Shown here: piece by piece, positions 1 to 8,374 of the stretch
Numbering within the stretch: the stretch's first letter is position 1
Layout: each line of letters begins with the position of its first letter
Assembly: GCA_965242725.1 (NCBI GenBank)
Contig: CBDESZ010000014.1
Span: 1-30,247, forward strand
Source: Alkalispirochaeta sp.
GTDB taxonomy: Bacteria; Spirochaetota; Spirochaetia; DSM-27196; Alkalispirochaetaceae
Reading direction: 5' to 3'
DNA length: 30,247 nt
Translations under genes and position numbers: made by a program
The notes under the pieces: generated by a model
Seen by the model: only the letters and a program-made list of their open reading frames with translations
Told to the model about the DNA's origin: nothing
The model's database searches: none

Positions 1-213
1 CAGCTGCCCTTCCAGCGGGCGCGTCACCGACTCCTCGATCTCCTCCGGCCCCGCGCCGGCGTAGTTCGTGAAGAGGATGAGCACCGGCGGATCGATCTCC
101 GGAAAGAGGTCGATCGCCAGATCACTGGTCGTGTAGAGTCCGAAACCGGTGACAAGGATAAAAATGATGAGAACCGTGGTCGGTTTTCCGACGACGCGTT
201 TACTGAGACTCAT
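1..213 (-). CDS. RND efflux permease subunit (AcrB/AcrD/AcrF family), N-terminal 71 codons, truncated by the window edge
   Basis: Manual translation from ATG at 213 gives MSLSKRVVGKPTTVLIIFILVTGFGLYTTSDLAIDLFPEIDPPVLILFTNYAGAGPEEIEESVTRPLEGQL. This matches the AcrB-type N-terminus (TM1, 'DLFPEID', 'YxGAxPEEIE..VTxPLE'). It starts 3 nt after the adaptor stop. Confidence 0.93.
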   Translation of the reverse strand, partial: MSLSKRVVGKPTTVLIIFILVTGFGLYTTSDLAIDLFPEIDPPVLILFTNYAGAGPEEIEESVTRPLEGQL

Positions 214-216
214 GGG

Positions 217-1227
217 TCACTCCTGTCCCAGGGGTTCAACGGTATCGATGATACGCACCGACACACCGTCTTCAAGCAGGTTCTGACCCTGATAGACCAC
301 CAGCTCACCCGCTTCGAGTCCTGCGGTGATTTCCATGATATTGTCGATTTCGATACCCGGATTCACCGTCCTGCGCTCCACCGTATTATCATCTTTTACG
401 ACGAAGACGAAGTCTTCACCAAAGCGCCGAATAAGCACATCGGCGGGTACCTTGACGATATTGTCTTTTCGCTCCGTCACGATGCGCACTTCCGCGTACA
501 TCCCGGGACGAACGCCCTGTATGGATGAGGTAAAGCGGAGTTTCACCTCAAGCGTCCGGGTCAGGGGGTCGACGACGGGGTTGAGCTCACTGACGACGGC
601 GGAAAACTCGCGGTCCGGAAAGGCGTCGAGACGTACAACCGCGGGTAGTCCCGTACGGATCTTGGATACGAAGCGCTCCGCCACGTTCACGATGATTTCA
701 AGCTCATTGGTACGGGATATCTGTGCGACCGGCGTGCTCTGGTTGACCCGTGATCCAACGCGTATCGGGAGCCGGGTGACGGTGCCGCTTATCGGTGCGG
801 TGACGGGGCTCAGGGTGAAGTTCTGACCCGGACGGGAAGGATCCACTTCCGCGATGCGTTGCCCTTCCGTGACGCGTTGACCGATTCCGACATAGAGGCG
901 TACCACTTCACCTGCCGCGTCGGAATAGGCATCAACACTTGCCGTCGTATCCACGTCGCCGTTGATTTCGATATAGTCGCTGATCGGGCCCTCCACGGCG
1001 GGAGTAACGTTGATCGCAAAGACGGTACCCACATTCTCGCCGCGGACCGTTTCTCTCCCGTCTACAGCGGGTTGCGACGCTTCCTGTCCCTCTTCCTGAG
1101 CTTCTCCCTGCGATCCGAAACCGGGGAGACGATCGCATCCGGCGAGAGTCCCAAAAAGAATCACTGTTATGAACACGGCGGCGACCGCTCGTATCAGCCT
1201 CCCGTGTCGTGCGTCTGTCCTTGTCAT
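217..1227 (-). CDS. RND periplasmic adaptor (membrane fusion protein), lipoprotein, lacking the alpha-helical hairpin (BesA-like)
   Basis: 336 aa with a lipobox (LAGC), two lipoyl half-motifs (GEVVRLYVGIGQRVTEGQRIAEV and VTAPISGTV), 'PVVDPLTRT', 'VRPGMYAEV' and 'EITAGLEAGELVV'. It lies between TolC and the RND permease. Confidence 0.93.
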   Translation of the reverse strand: MTRTDARHGRLIRAVAAVFITVILFGTLAGCDRLPGFGSQGEAQEEGQEASQPAVDGRETVRGENVGTVFAINVTPAVEGPISDYIEINGDVDTTASVDAYSDAAGEVVRLYVGIGQRVTEGQRIAEVDPSRPGQNFTLSPVTAPISGTVTRLPIRVGSRVNQSTPVAQISRTNELEIIVNVAERFVSKIRTGLPAVVRLDAFPDREFSAVVSELNPVVDPLTRTLEVKLRFTSSIQGVRPGMYAEVRIVTERKDNIVKVPADVLIRRFGEDFVFVVKDDNTVERRTVNPGIEIDNIMEITAGLEAGELVVYQGQNLLEDGVSVRIIDTVEPLGQE

Positions 1228-2582
1228 TCCTGCTCCTCGGCAATTTCTTCGATGGACGTGTTCAGTGCATACTGCAGGTCCAGAAGGTTGTCCATTATCT
1301 GTTTTCGCTGTTTGAGCACCTCAAACCGCGCATTCTGCAATTCCACTTCCGCGTTCTGTACCTCCAGGAGGTCCCGGAGTCCGTTGTTGTATCCGATTTC
1401 AGCCAGTTCAAAGGCGCGCCGGGCGAGGCGGATGTTGTACTCCAGAGCCTCCACCGTCTCTTCCGCCGCCCGTATCGCCCTGATGAGGCTCCGTACCTCG
1501 ATTTCCGCGCCGGTGAGCGCCTGTTCCCGACGGACCGCATTCTGACGCCGCTGTTTTTCGATATTTGCAAGTTCATTCCGCAGCTGGCTGTATGGAAGCC
1601 ACGGATCAAGGGGCTGCCTGATGGTTATCGAAAACGCACCGCTCCGCTGATTCCAGCTGTCCCCTTCAAGAAGATCGTCTTTCCAAGGATCGCCGCTGAA
1701 GGCGGGATCGTAGGACCACCCGAAACTCACCACAGGTGCACGACCGGAATCGGTAAGAAGGTACTGCTGTTCAAGGATTCGTTCCAGCTGTTCCAGCTGC
1801 CGTACATCCAGGCGCTGCATGAGGAGGTCCCGGGTGACGTCACGGAGTTCCATCGTCAGCGACGGGGGATCGATCGTTCCGACCGGTTCAATTGACGAAA
1901 TGAGCGATACGCCGAGGCTGTTGCGAAAAGCGAGCAGTCCCTGCTGGTACTGGACCTCCAGGCCGGCGAGGCGGGGCTTCTGGTTCTCCCACGCCACCTG
2001 GGCGCTGAGCATTGTATACTCGTCGACCAGGCCGTTTTCATAGTTTATTCGCGCCTGATTATACCGGCGCTCGGCCGTGCGTATTTGCTGTGTCGTCAGG
2101 GCGATCTGTTCCTTCAGAAGCAGAAGAGTGTAAAACTGCTTCGTCACGTCCCGTTCTACCTGCCGACGCGCCTGTTCCAGGGTGATTCTGCCGTTTTCAT
2201 AGTCCAGATTGGCGAGACGAACACCCGGCACCATTTGCATCGTCAGGTTCAGTTGCATGTCGATACCGGTAGAGAGGGACCAGCGGGGGACGGGATCCAC
2301 TTCAAAACCTAATAGATCCGCGACGGGCTCCATCGGATTGGACGGCTCCTCATTGCTCCGCGACAGCGTCGCCCTGGCACTCACCGACGGATAGAATCGA
2401 TTCCACCACGTATCGGCGATAAGGCGCTTCTGCCGGAGTTCCAGCATTTCCGTTTCCAGACCGAGGTTGTTCTGAAGGGCGAGTGCCACCGCCGTCTCTA
2501 GATCGATCTCTTCCGCTCCGGCATGGAGGGTGATTCCGATAAGGGCGATAATCGCCATTACTACTCGTTTACGTGAGGTCAT
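1224..2582 (-). CDS. tolC: TolC-family outer membrane efflux protein
   Basis: Start re-assigned to ATG at 2582 (MTSRKRVVMAIIALIGITLHAGAEE signal peptide, preceded by GGGAGAAGGAAA). Two OEP repeats are visible ('IDLETAVALALQNN', 'ARINYENGL', 'AEIGYNNGLRDLLEVQNAE'). It overlaps the adaptor start by 4 nt. Confidence 0.9.
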   Translation of the reverse strand: MTSRKRVVMAIIALIGITLHAGAEEIDLETAVALALQNNLGLETEMLELRQKRLIADTWWNRFYPSVSARATLSRSNEEPSNPMEPVADLLGFEVDPVPRWSLSTGIDMQLNLTMQMVPGVRLANLDYENGRITLEQARRQVERDVTKQFYTLLLLKEQIALTTQQIRTAERRYNQARINYENGLVDEYTMLSAQVAWENQKPRLAGLEVQYQQGLLAFRNSLGVSLISSIEPVGTIDPPSLTMELRDVTRDLLMQRLDVRQLEQLERILEQQYLLTDSGRAPVVSFGWSYDPAFSGDPWKDDLLEGDSWNQRSGAFSITIRQPLDPWLPYSQLRNELANIEKQRRQNAVRREQALTGAEIEVRSLIRAIRAAEETVEALEYNIRLARRAFELAEIGYNNGLRDLLEVQNAEVELQNARFEVLKQRKQIMDNLLDLQYALNTSIEEIAEEQE

Positions 2583-3897
2583 TTTCCTTCTCCCTGTCGA
2601 TGTTGCTGCGGGATGCCGATGTATCCCCGCCCGTCGGGCGGTCATATCCGCCGGCAAAGCGAATGAACAACTCCCGAACGACGCTGCGATACCGCCGTGT
2701 ATCCCGGCCAAAGTGTGTCTGGACCGCAATTTCCTGCATCACAATGAATGACACAAACTGCAGTATCCCGAATGCATCATCCGGCGAACCCGCCAACTCA
2801 CCCTGGACAAGCATATCCGTGATGAATGTATAGATCTTCTTTAGTTCAACAAGTTGAGTATGCGGAATTTGCACCTCGATGTTGCTTTCCCGCACCCAGT
2901 TTTCTACGATCGCGGCTCCCGGGCTGAGGACCGCCCAATCGGCGAGGAGCACAAACAGCCCGTAGAGACGTTCGTCATCGCATGCAAGTTGACGAAATCG
3001 AAGGGATGCGATGGCGGCAAAGCGTTCCTGAAATTCCATGAGCATCCGGGAGAGCATTTCGTCACGATTTGCAAAATAGTGGTAGAGGCTCGATTTTGAT
3101 CGGCCCAGTTGTGCGGCAATTCGCTCCACCGTGGCGTCGGCGTATCCGTACTCCTCTACAACGGCGGTAATTGCCGTCATAACCCGGTCGGGTTGAGGAA
3201 TCTCTTCAGGAGCGATGGTGGCAATGCGGTCCACTCCGTCAAAATCGATGCGGGGGAGGATGTTCGGCGCAAAACCGTGCATGAAATGGCGCGTGGCATC
3301 ATCTATCAGGTTCGCCCGGCGCTCACTCCCGAGGGAGAAGGATTCCGGCTGGAAGACCTGGTCCTCCGCGGCGCTTTGATCGAGGGTCTTTCTGTAGTGA
3401 TGGGTCATCCAGAAGACGGCGGACATCGTCAAGTATCGCACCGCGGCGACCGTCTCCCCGGCGGGAAGATGCCTGGCCGTGGAAAAGAGCGAAACGAGAA
3501 GCGTCGTCGTCCGATGGCGCATATTTCTGACGTCCGTTCCGTCCCGGAGGAGGCGCCCGATGATGCGGCGAAGGAAAAAGGGGTAGTGATAGGGGTGTTC
3601 CTCAAAGAGGCGAAAGACGCCGGTGAAATAGGTCCGGATCACCGACTCCGCCTCCACCTTCGACGACGCCTGAAGGCTCTGAAGGGGCGTGACGATATAC
3701 TGCTCCGAGAGACGATCGTAGTCTTCTTCGAGGGCGTAAATGACTTCATCCTTGTTGCGGAAGTAGCGGTACATCGCCGGTTTGGTCACCCCCAGCTCGC
3801 GGGCGACGAGATCGAGCCCGGTGCGCATGAAAAACGTGCGACCCCACGCGCGGAATGCAGCTTCAATAATCTGTTCTCTGTTCAATCGTGGTGTCAC
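2569..3897 (-). CDS. TetR/AcrR-family regulator with two tandem TetR HTH modules
   Basis: 442 aa. HTH1 is 'REQIIEAAF...GLDLVARELGVTKPAMYRYFRNKDEV' and HTH2 is 'VMTAITAVVEEYGYADATVERIAAQLGRSKSSLYHYFANRDEML'. First gene of the efflux operon, overlapping the tolC start. Confidence 0.9.
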   Translation of the reverse strand: MTPRLNREQIIEAAFRAWGRTFFMRTGLDLVARELGVTKPAMYRYFRNKDEVIYALEEDYDRLSEQYIVTPLQSLQASSKVEAESVIRTYFTGVFRLFEEHPYHYPFFLRRIIGRLLRDGTDVRNMRHRTTTLLVSLFSTARHLPAGETVAAVRYLTMSAVFWMTHHYRKTLDQSAAEDQVFQPESFSLGSERRANLIDDATRHFMHGFAPNILPRIDFDGVDRIATIAPEEIPQPDRVMTAITAVVEEYGYADATVERIAAQLGRSKSSLYHYFANRDEMLSRMLMEFQERFAAIASLRFRQLACDDERLYGLFVLLADWAVLSPGAAIVENWVRESNIEVQIPHTQLVELKKIYTFITDMLVQGELAGSPDDAFGILQFVSFIVMQEIAVQTHFGRDTRRYRSVVRELFIRFAGGYDRPTGGDTSASRSNIDREKENDLT

Positions 3898-3928
3898 CGG
3901 TACCTCTGTTCGTGGCGTTTGAAATAGT

Positions 3929-3962
3929 TACCGACTGTTCGGTAGTTACCGTCCCGTTGGTA
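3929..3962. promoter_or_regulatory. Two tandem 16-bp palindromes (TACC-N8-GGTA), putative TetR operators
   Basis: TACCGACTGTTCGGTA (3929-3944) and TACCGTCCCGTTGGTA (3947-3962), with an 18-bp period. They lie between the predicted promoter and the tetR start codon. Confidence 0.7.
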
Positions 3963-3968
3963 ACGACG

Positions 3969-3997
3969 AAAATAACCGATACACTTGCAAAAATCAA
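3969..3997 (-). promoter_or_regulatory. Putative sigma70 promoter for the tetR-tolC-adaptor-RND operon
   Basis: TTGATT (3997-3992), 17 nt, TATTTT (3974-3969) on the minus strand. The predicted +1 falls at the edge of the operator pair. Confidence 0.45.
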
Positions 3998-4074
3998 GAA
4001 TCGGAGTCAATGTTTAATTGGACTCTAACATGCGCGCGTCAGCGTAGGAGCAGATTCAAAAGGAGGAGCGAGAA

Positions 4075-4983
4075 ATGAAACGAGCTATTGTAGCCGCGGT
4101 CATGGTGGTGTTTACGGCATCCCTGCTGTTTGCGACAGGTGCCCAGGAAGGACCTGCATTGGGGACCGAAGAGAATCCAATTGTCTGGGCCTTTGTTCCG
4201 TCGCAGGATACCCAGGAGATCTCCGCGGGTGGGCAGAAGGTTTCGGATATGATCTATGAACGAACGGGACTCGTTGTCGAGGCGAGCGTCGCGACCGAGT
4301 ACGCCGGCGTTATCGAAGCGCTGCAGAGTGATCCCCCCAGCGCCCACATGGCTTCCCTGGCGACCTTCGCCTACGTCGTCGCCGCCGACCGGGGAGTTGC
4401 GGAGGCAAAACTGGTTTCCGTTCGATACGGACGTCCCTTCTATGACGGCCAGATCATCGCAGGTGCCGATACGGGCATTCGCACTCTTGCCGATCTTGAA
4501 GGAAAGAGTTTCGCCCGCCCTGATCCCCTGAGCACTTCGGGGTGGATCATTCCCAGTCTGACCATGCGTGCCGCCGGAGTGAATCCGGACACCGATCTTT
4601 CCCGCGTTGTCGATGCAGGCGGACACACCGGCGTGGTTACCGCGGTCTACAATGGTGACGTCGATGCCGGTGCGACCTTTGTCGATGCCAGGGGCAACGT
4701 TGAAGAGGACTTCCCCGACGTCTACGACAAAGTTGTCGTCATCGAGGTAAGTGCGCCGATTCCCAACGACGGCGTACAGTTCCATCCCAGCGTTCCTGAA
4801 GAGATCCAGGAACAGATCGTCCAGGCCCTTCTCGACATCGTCGAAACTGAAGAGGGAGTCGAAGCGTTGAGCCAGGCGTATCAGTGGCAGGATCTTGAGC
4901 GCCACGGCGACGACTTCTACGATCCCTTCCGGCAGGTTCTTCAATCCGCCGGTGTAGATGCCGCCGAACTGATGGGCGACTGA
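4075..4983 (+). CDS. phnD: Phosphate/phosphite/phosphonate ABC transporter substrate-binding protein (PhnD family)
   Basis: SD AGGAGG and a spirochaete-like signal peptide (...LLFATGAQE). Motifs 'FVPS', 'EYAGVIEAL', 'DPLSTSGW', 'GGH', 'IPND'. Followed by phnC/phnE-like genes. Confidence 0.9.
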   Translation: MKRAIVAAVMVVFTASLLFATGAQEGPALGTEENPIVWAFVPSQDTQEISAGGQKVSDMIYERTGLVVEASVATEYAGVIEALQSDPPSAHMASLATFAYVVAADRGVAEAKLVSVRYGRPFYDGQIIAGADTGIRTLADLEGKSFARPDPLSTSGWIIPSLTMRAAGVNPDTDLSRVVDAGGHTGVVTAVYNGDVDAGATFVDARGNVEEDFPDVYDKVVVIEVSAPIPNDGVQFHPSVPEEIQEQIVQALLDIVETEEGVEALSQAYQWQDLERHGDDFYDPFRQVLQSAGVDAAELMGD

Positions 4984-5001
4984 TTTATTGTAACCGTTTT
5001 T

Positions 5002-5044
5002 GCTATCTTCCCTGATGTTACGTCAGGGAAGATAGCTTTTTTTT
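5002..5044 (+). terminator. Intrinsic terminator-like hairpin between phnD and phnC
   Basis: Perfect 14-bp stem GCTATCTTCCCTGA/TCAGGGAAGATAGC followed by 8 T. Confidence 0.85.
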
Positions 5045-5072
5045 CGCCGCACACCATCCAGGAGGAATACCC

Positions 5073-5909
5073 GTGCTGGAGTTCAGCAATCTATCAAAGA
5101 CTTATGACGACGGGACACAAGCCCTCAAAGAGGTCAGTTTTTCCGTAGAAAAGGGCGAGTTTCTCGTCGTGATCGGTCTTTCCGGATCGGGAAAGTCCAC
5201 GCTCTTGCGTTGCACCAACCGTCTTATTGAACCAACTTCAGGATCGATCATGTGGGACGGTCTCGACATCACCGGCGCGGATAATACCCAGTTGCGCACG
5301 ATCCGCCGCAGGATCGGTATGATTTTTCAGCACTTCAACCTTGTGAAACGGTTGAGCGTGATGAACAACGTCCTCTCAGGGCGGCTTGGCTATCTCGATA
5401 CGTGGAAGAGCGTCTTTTATCGCTTCGACGGCGACGACAAGAAAAACGCTTTTCGCTCCCTTGAACGGGTAGGGTTGACGGAGCAGGCGTACAAAAGGGC
5501 GAGCGAGCTTTCCGGCGGACAGCAGCAGCGGGTGGGTATTGCCCGGGCGCTCATGCAGGAGCCGGAAATCATCCTCGCCGATGAGCCCGTTGCCAGTCTC
5601 GATCCCGTCCTGGCTCATACGATTCTCGGGTATCTTGAGCGTCTCAACAAGGAAGACGGTATTACCGTCATTTGCAGTCTCCACTACCTGGACCTGGTTC
5701 AGCGCTATGCCACAAAGGTGATCGGACTGCGGGACGGACGGGTCGTCTATCGGGGTACCGGCGCAGACATCAGGCGCATGACCGATGAAGAGTTCAAGGA
5801 GATATACGGAGAGGAAGCGGAACGCGTCGGCGCCGCGCCGGCCTCCGCGGCGACCCTGGGCGGAATACCCGAGAGCGTCGTCCCGACTGATGAGGAAGGG
5901 AGTCGATAA
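5073..5909 (+). CDS. phnC: Phosphonate-type ABC transporter ATP-binding protein
   Basis: Walker A GLSGSGKST, 'IGMIFQHFNLVKRLSVMNNVLSGRLG', signature LSGGQQQRV, Walker B ILADEPVASLDP. SD AGGAGG before GTG. Confidence 0.93.
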   Translation: MLEFSNLSKTYDDGTQALKEVSFSVEKGEFLVVIGLSGSGKSTLLRCTNRLIEPTSGSIMWDGLDITGADNTQLRTIRRRIGMIFQHFNLVKRLSVMNNVLSGRLGYLDTWKSVFYRFDGDDKKNAFRSLERVGLTEQAYKRASELSGGQQQRVGIARALMQEPEIILADEPVASLDPVLAHTILGYLERLNKEDGITVICSLHYLDLVQRYATKVIGLRDGRVVYRGTGADIRRMTDEEFKEIYGEEAERVGAAPASAATLGGIPESVVPTDEEGSR

Positions 5910-7459
5910 TGGCCAAGACACCACAGGAAAAAGAACGCATTCGACAGGCTCGCGTAACAGCCCGTTCAGCCGCCCAGAACCCCCTCGTCACGCCTCCTCT
6001 TGCGGCGATCGCATCGCTCGTTCTTCCCGGGCTGGGGCAGATTCTGAGTCGCCAGACCCAACGGGGTCTTCTCATTCTCGCCGCGATGGCTACCGGCGGC
6101 GGAATATTCGCATGGCGTGTCGCAGACCTGGGAAGGCGGGTGACCGGCCTGTTCCCCTCAATACGGCGTGCCCTTGAGCTCAGTCCCGGTTTCGTAATTC
6201 TTGTTGCCGTTTCACTGCTTCTCGTGTGGCTCGTTGCCGTGTGGGATGCCTACAAATGTTCCCGTGATCGACGCAGGCCGACGACGGGCGTCTTTGCCCT
6301 CGTGCTCGCCTCCTTCTTTGTCCTGGGATGGCAGATCGCCGAAATCGATGTGGTCAAGCTCGTCCGGCAGGCACCGGAAGCGCTTCCTCCCCTCTCCCGG
6401 GTCATGTGGCCGTGGCGGGCGGCGATCACCTATGACACGGAATCCCTTGTTGCCGGAGCAGATGTGCTCGCCGGGGAGGGAACGGCGCCGGTACGGCAGG
6501 AACCGGTGGAAGGTGAGCCGTATCTGCTGGTTGAGCCCAATGTCGGTCAGATGTCCTCACAGGATGAGAACTACCGGCCCGTTCCCGGCACGAGAATCAC
6601 CCTCACCGGAAGCAACTTCGCACCCAACACGGAGACGGAGATCTGGTGGGAGGATCCACTGGGAAATGAGTTCCGGCCCCGGGAGGACGGAGAGTATCTT
6701 ATTTTCCAGACCGACGAAGAGGGCAGTTTCCGGCTTGAGATGACGATGCCCTATCGTCTTGCGCCGCCAAGTGCGGAAGGACCCTTTATCCACACGATAG
6801 AGGCGCGGCAGGTATCGAGAGTCGGATTGCCCAAGGCGTCGGAGGCGTTGATTCTCACGATCCACCGCATGATTGAGACTATTTTCATGGGAATGATGGC
6901 CACCTTCTTCGGTATCATCTTTTCTATTCCCGTGAGTTTTCTGGCGGCGCGAAACATCATGTCCGGCAGCCGTCTCACCATGGGGCTCTATTACCTGACA
7001 AGGACGATCCTCAACATCATCCGTTCAATTGAACCGCTGATCTGGGCGCTCATCGCAGTCGTTTGGGTCGGGCTGGGCCCCTTCGCGGGTATCGTGGCGT
7101 TGACTCTCCATTCCATCGCCGCCCTGGGGAAACTGTACTCAGAGGCTATCGAAGGCATAGACGCCGGCCCGATCGAGGCAATTCAGGCGACCGGGGCAAA
7201 TCGTCTTCAGACGATCATGTTCGGGGTGATTCCCCAGATGATTTCACCCTTCATCAGCTTCTCCATCTATCGATGGGATATCAACGTCCGTATGTCCACG
7301 GTCATCGGTCTTGTCGGCGGTGGTGGTATCGGCTTCCTTCTGGTACAGTACATCCGGCTGCTTGATTATCGATCCGCCGGCATCGCGGTGTGGTTTATCG
7401 CCATTACCGTTGCCACGTTGGATTACGTGAGCGCGGAAATACGAAACCGATTGATGTAG
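5909..7459 (+). CDS. phnE: PhnE-family ABC permease with a long N-terminal extension (extra TM helices plus a soluble beta-rich insert)
   Basis: The C-terminal ~200 aa is PhnE-like ('RSIEPLIWAL', 'GLGPFAG', 'LGKLYSEAIE', EAA loop 'IEAIQATGA', 'YRWDINVRMSTVIGLVGGGGIG'). TAATG overlap with phnC. Confidence 0.9.
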   Translation: MAKTPQEKERIRQARVTARSAAQNPLVTPPLAAIASLVLPGLGQILSRQTQRGLLILAAMATGGGIFAWRVADLGRRVTGLFPSIRRALELSPGFVILVAVSLLLVWLVAVWDAYKCSRDRRRPTTGVFALVLASFFVLGWQIAEIDVVKLVRQAPEALPPLSRVMWPWRAAITYDTESLVAGADVLAGEGTAPVRQEPVEGEPYLLVEPNVGQMSSQDENYRPVPGTRITLTGSNFAPNTETEIWWEDPLGNEFRPREDGEYLIFQTDEEGSFRLEMTMPYRLAPPSAEGPFIHTIEARQVSRVGLPKASEALILTIHRMIETIFMGMMATFFGIIFSIPVSFLAARNIMSGSRLTMGLYYLTRTILNIIRSIEPLIWALIAVVWVGLGPFAGIVALTLHSIAALGKLYSEAIEGIDAGPIEAIQATGANRLQTIMFGVIPQMISPFISFSIYRWDINVRMSTVIGLVGGGGIGFLLVQYIRLLDYRSAGIAVWFIAITVATLDYVSAEIRNRLM

Positions 7460-7468
7460 GACTGAACT

Positions 7469-8374
7469 ATGGACACCCTGAATTGGGACCCCCGGGTTCC
7501 TCTTATTCTCGTTACCAATGACGACGGGATCAATTCGCCCGGTCTCGTCGCCGCCGTGGAAGCGGCGCGACCCCTTGGACAGGTTGTGGTGGCCGCGCCG
7601 ACGACACAGCAGACGGCGCGGGGACGGAGCCTTGTCGGCGAAGACGGCGACTTTTTTCACCCGATTGAGCTCCCCCTGCGGGACGGCCTCGATTCACATC
7701 AGGCCCCCGCGGCGTGGCATATCAATGCGTCACCGGCACTGGTTGTGCGGCACGCACTGGCGACGCTCTTCGGGGGACGATATCCCGATCTGGTCATTTC
7801 CGGCATCAACTATGGTGAGAACCTGGGAAACAACATCATGATTTCCGGTACGCTCGGCGCCGCATTCCAGGCGGCGGCCCAGGGGGTTCCCGCACTGGCC
7901 GTCTCGCGACAGACCGATATCGAACACCATTTCTCATACTCCGAGCTCGACTGGGGCAGCGCGGAAGGAATTACCCGCCGCTGGGCCGAACGGCTGCTTG
8001 AACGCACCTTCAAAGGTGCCTACCACCCGCCGGGCGGCAGGATTCCCACCAATATTTCCGATGACTATCCCGCCGCCGCTCTTCCCTTCGATGTATTGAA
8101 GATCGATGTGCCCGCAGAGTGTCCCGAGGGAACGGAGGAACGCATTACCCGCCTTTCCGGACGCCATTATTTCATGTCCCTCATGGACGCCGGCGGACCG
8201 GAGACTCCGATCGGCGCGGCAAAGACGCACATCGACCACGACCGCGCCGGGCTATCGCCGGATGACGACATCTATGCAATTTCCGTCGACGGAGTCGTCT
8301 CCATCACACCGCTGCAACTGGACAACACCGCACCCCTCGACGCCGCCCGTTCTCTCCTGTCGGGAAACGGGTAA
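7469..8374 (+). CDS. surE: 5'/3'-nucleotidase SurE
   Basis: Catalytic 'LVTNDDGINSPGL', plus 'DLVISGINYGENLG', 'SGTLGAA' and C-terminal 'VSITPLQLDNT'. Confidence 0.92.
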   Translation: MDTLNWDPRVPLILVTNDDGINSPGLVAAVEAARPLGQVVVAAPTTQQTARGRSLVGEDGDFFHPIELPLRDGLDSHQAPAAWHINASPALVVRHALATLFGGRYPDLVISGINYGENLGNNIMISGTLGAAFQAAAQGVPALAVSRQTDIEHHFSYSELDWGSAEGITRRWAERLLERTFKGAYHPPGGRIPTNISDDYPAAALPFDVLKIDVPAECPEGTEERITRLSGRHYFMSLMDAGGPETPIGAAKTHIDHDRAGLSPDDDIYAISVDGVVSITPLQLDNTAPLDAARSLLSGNG

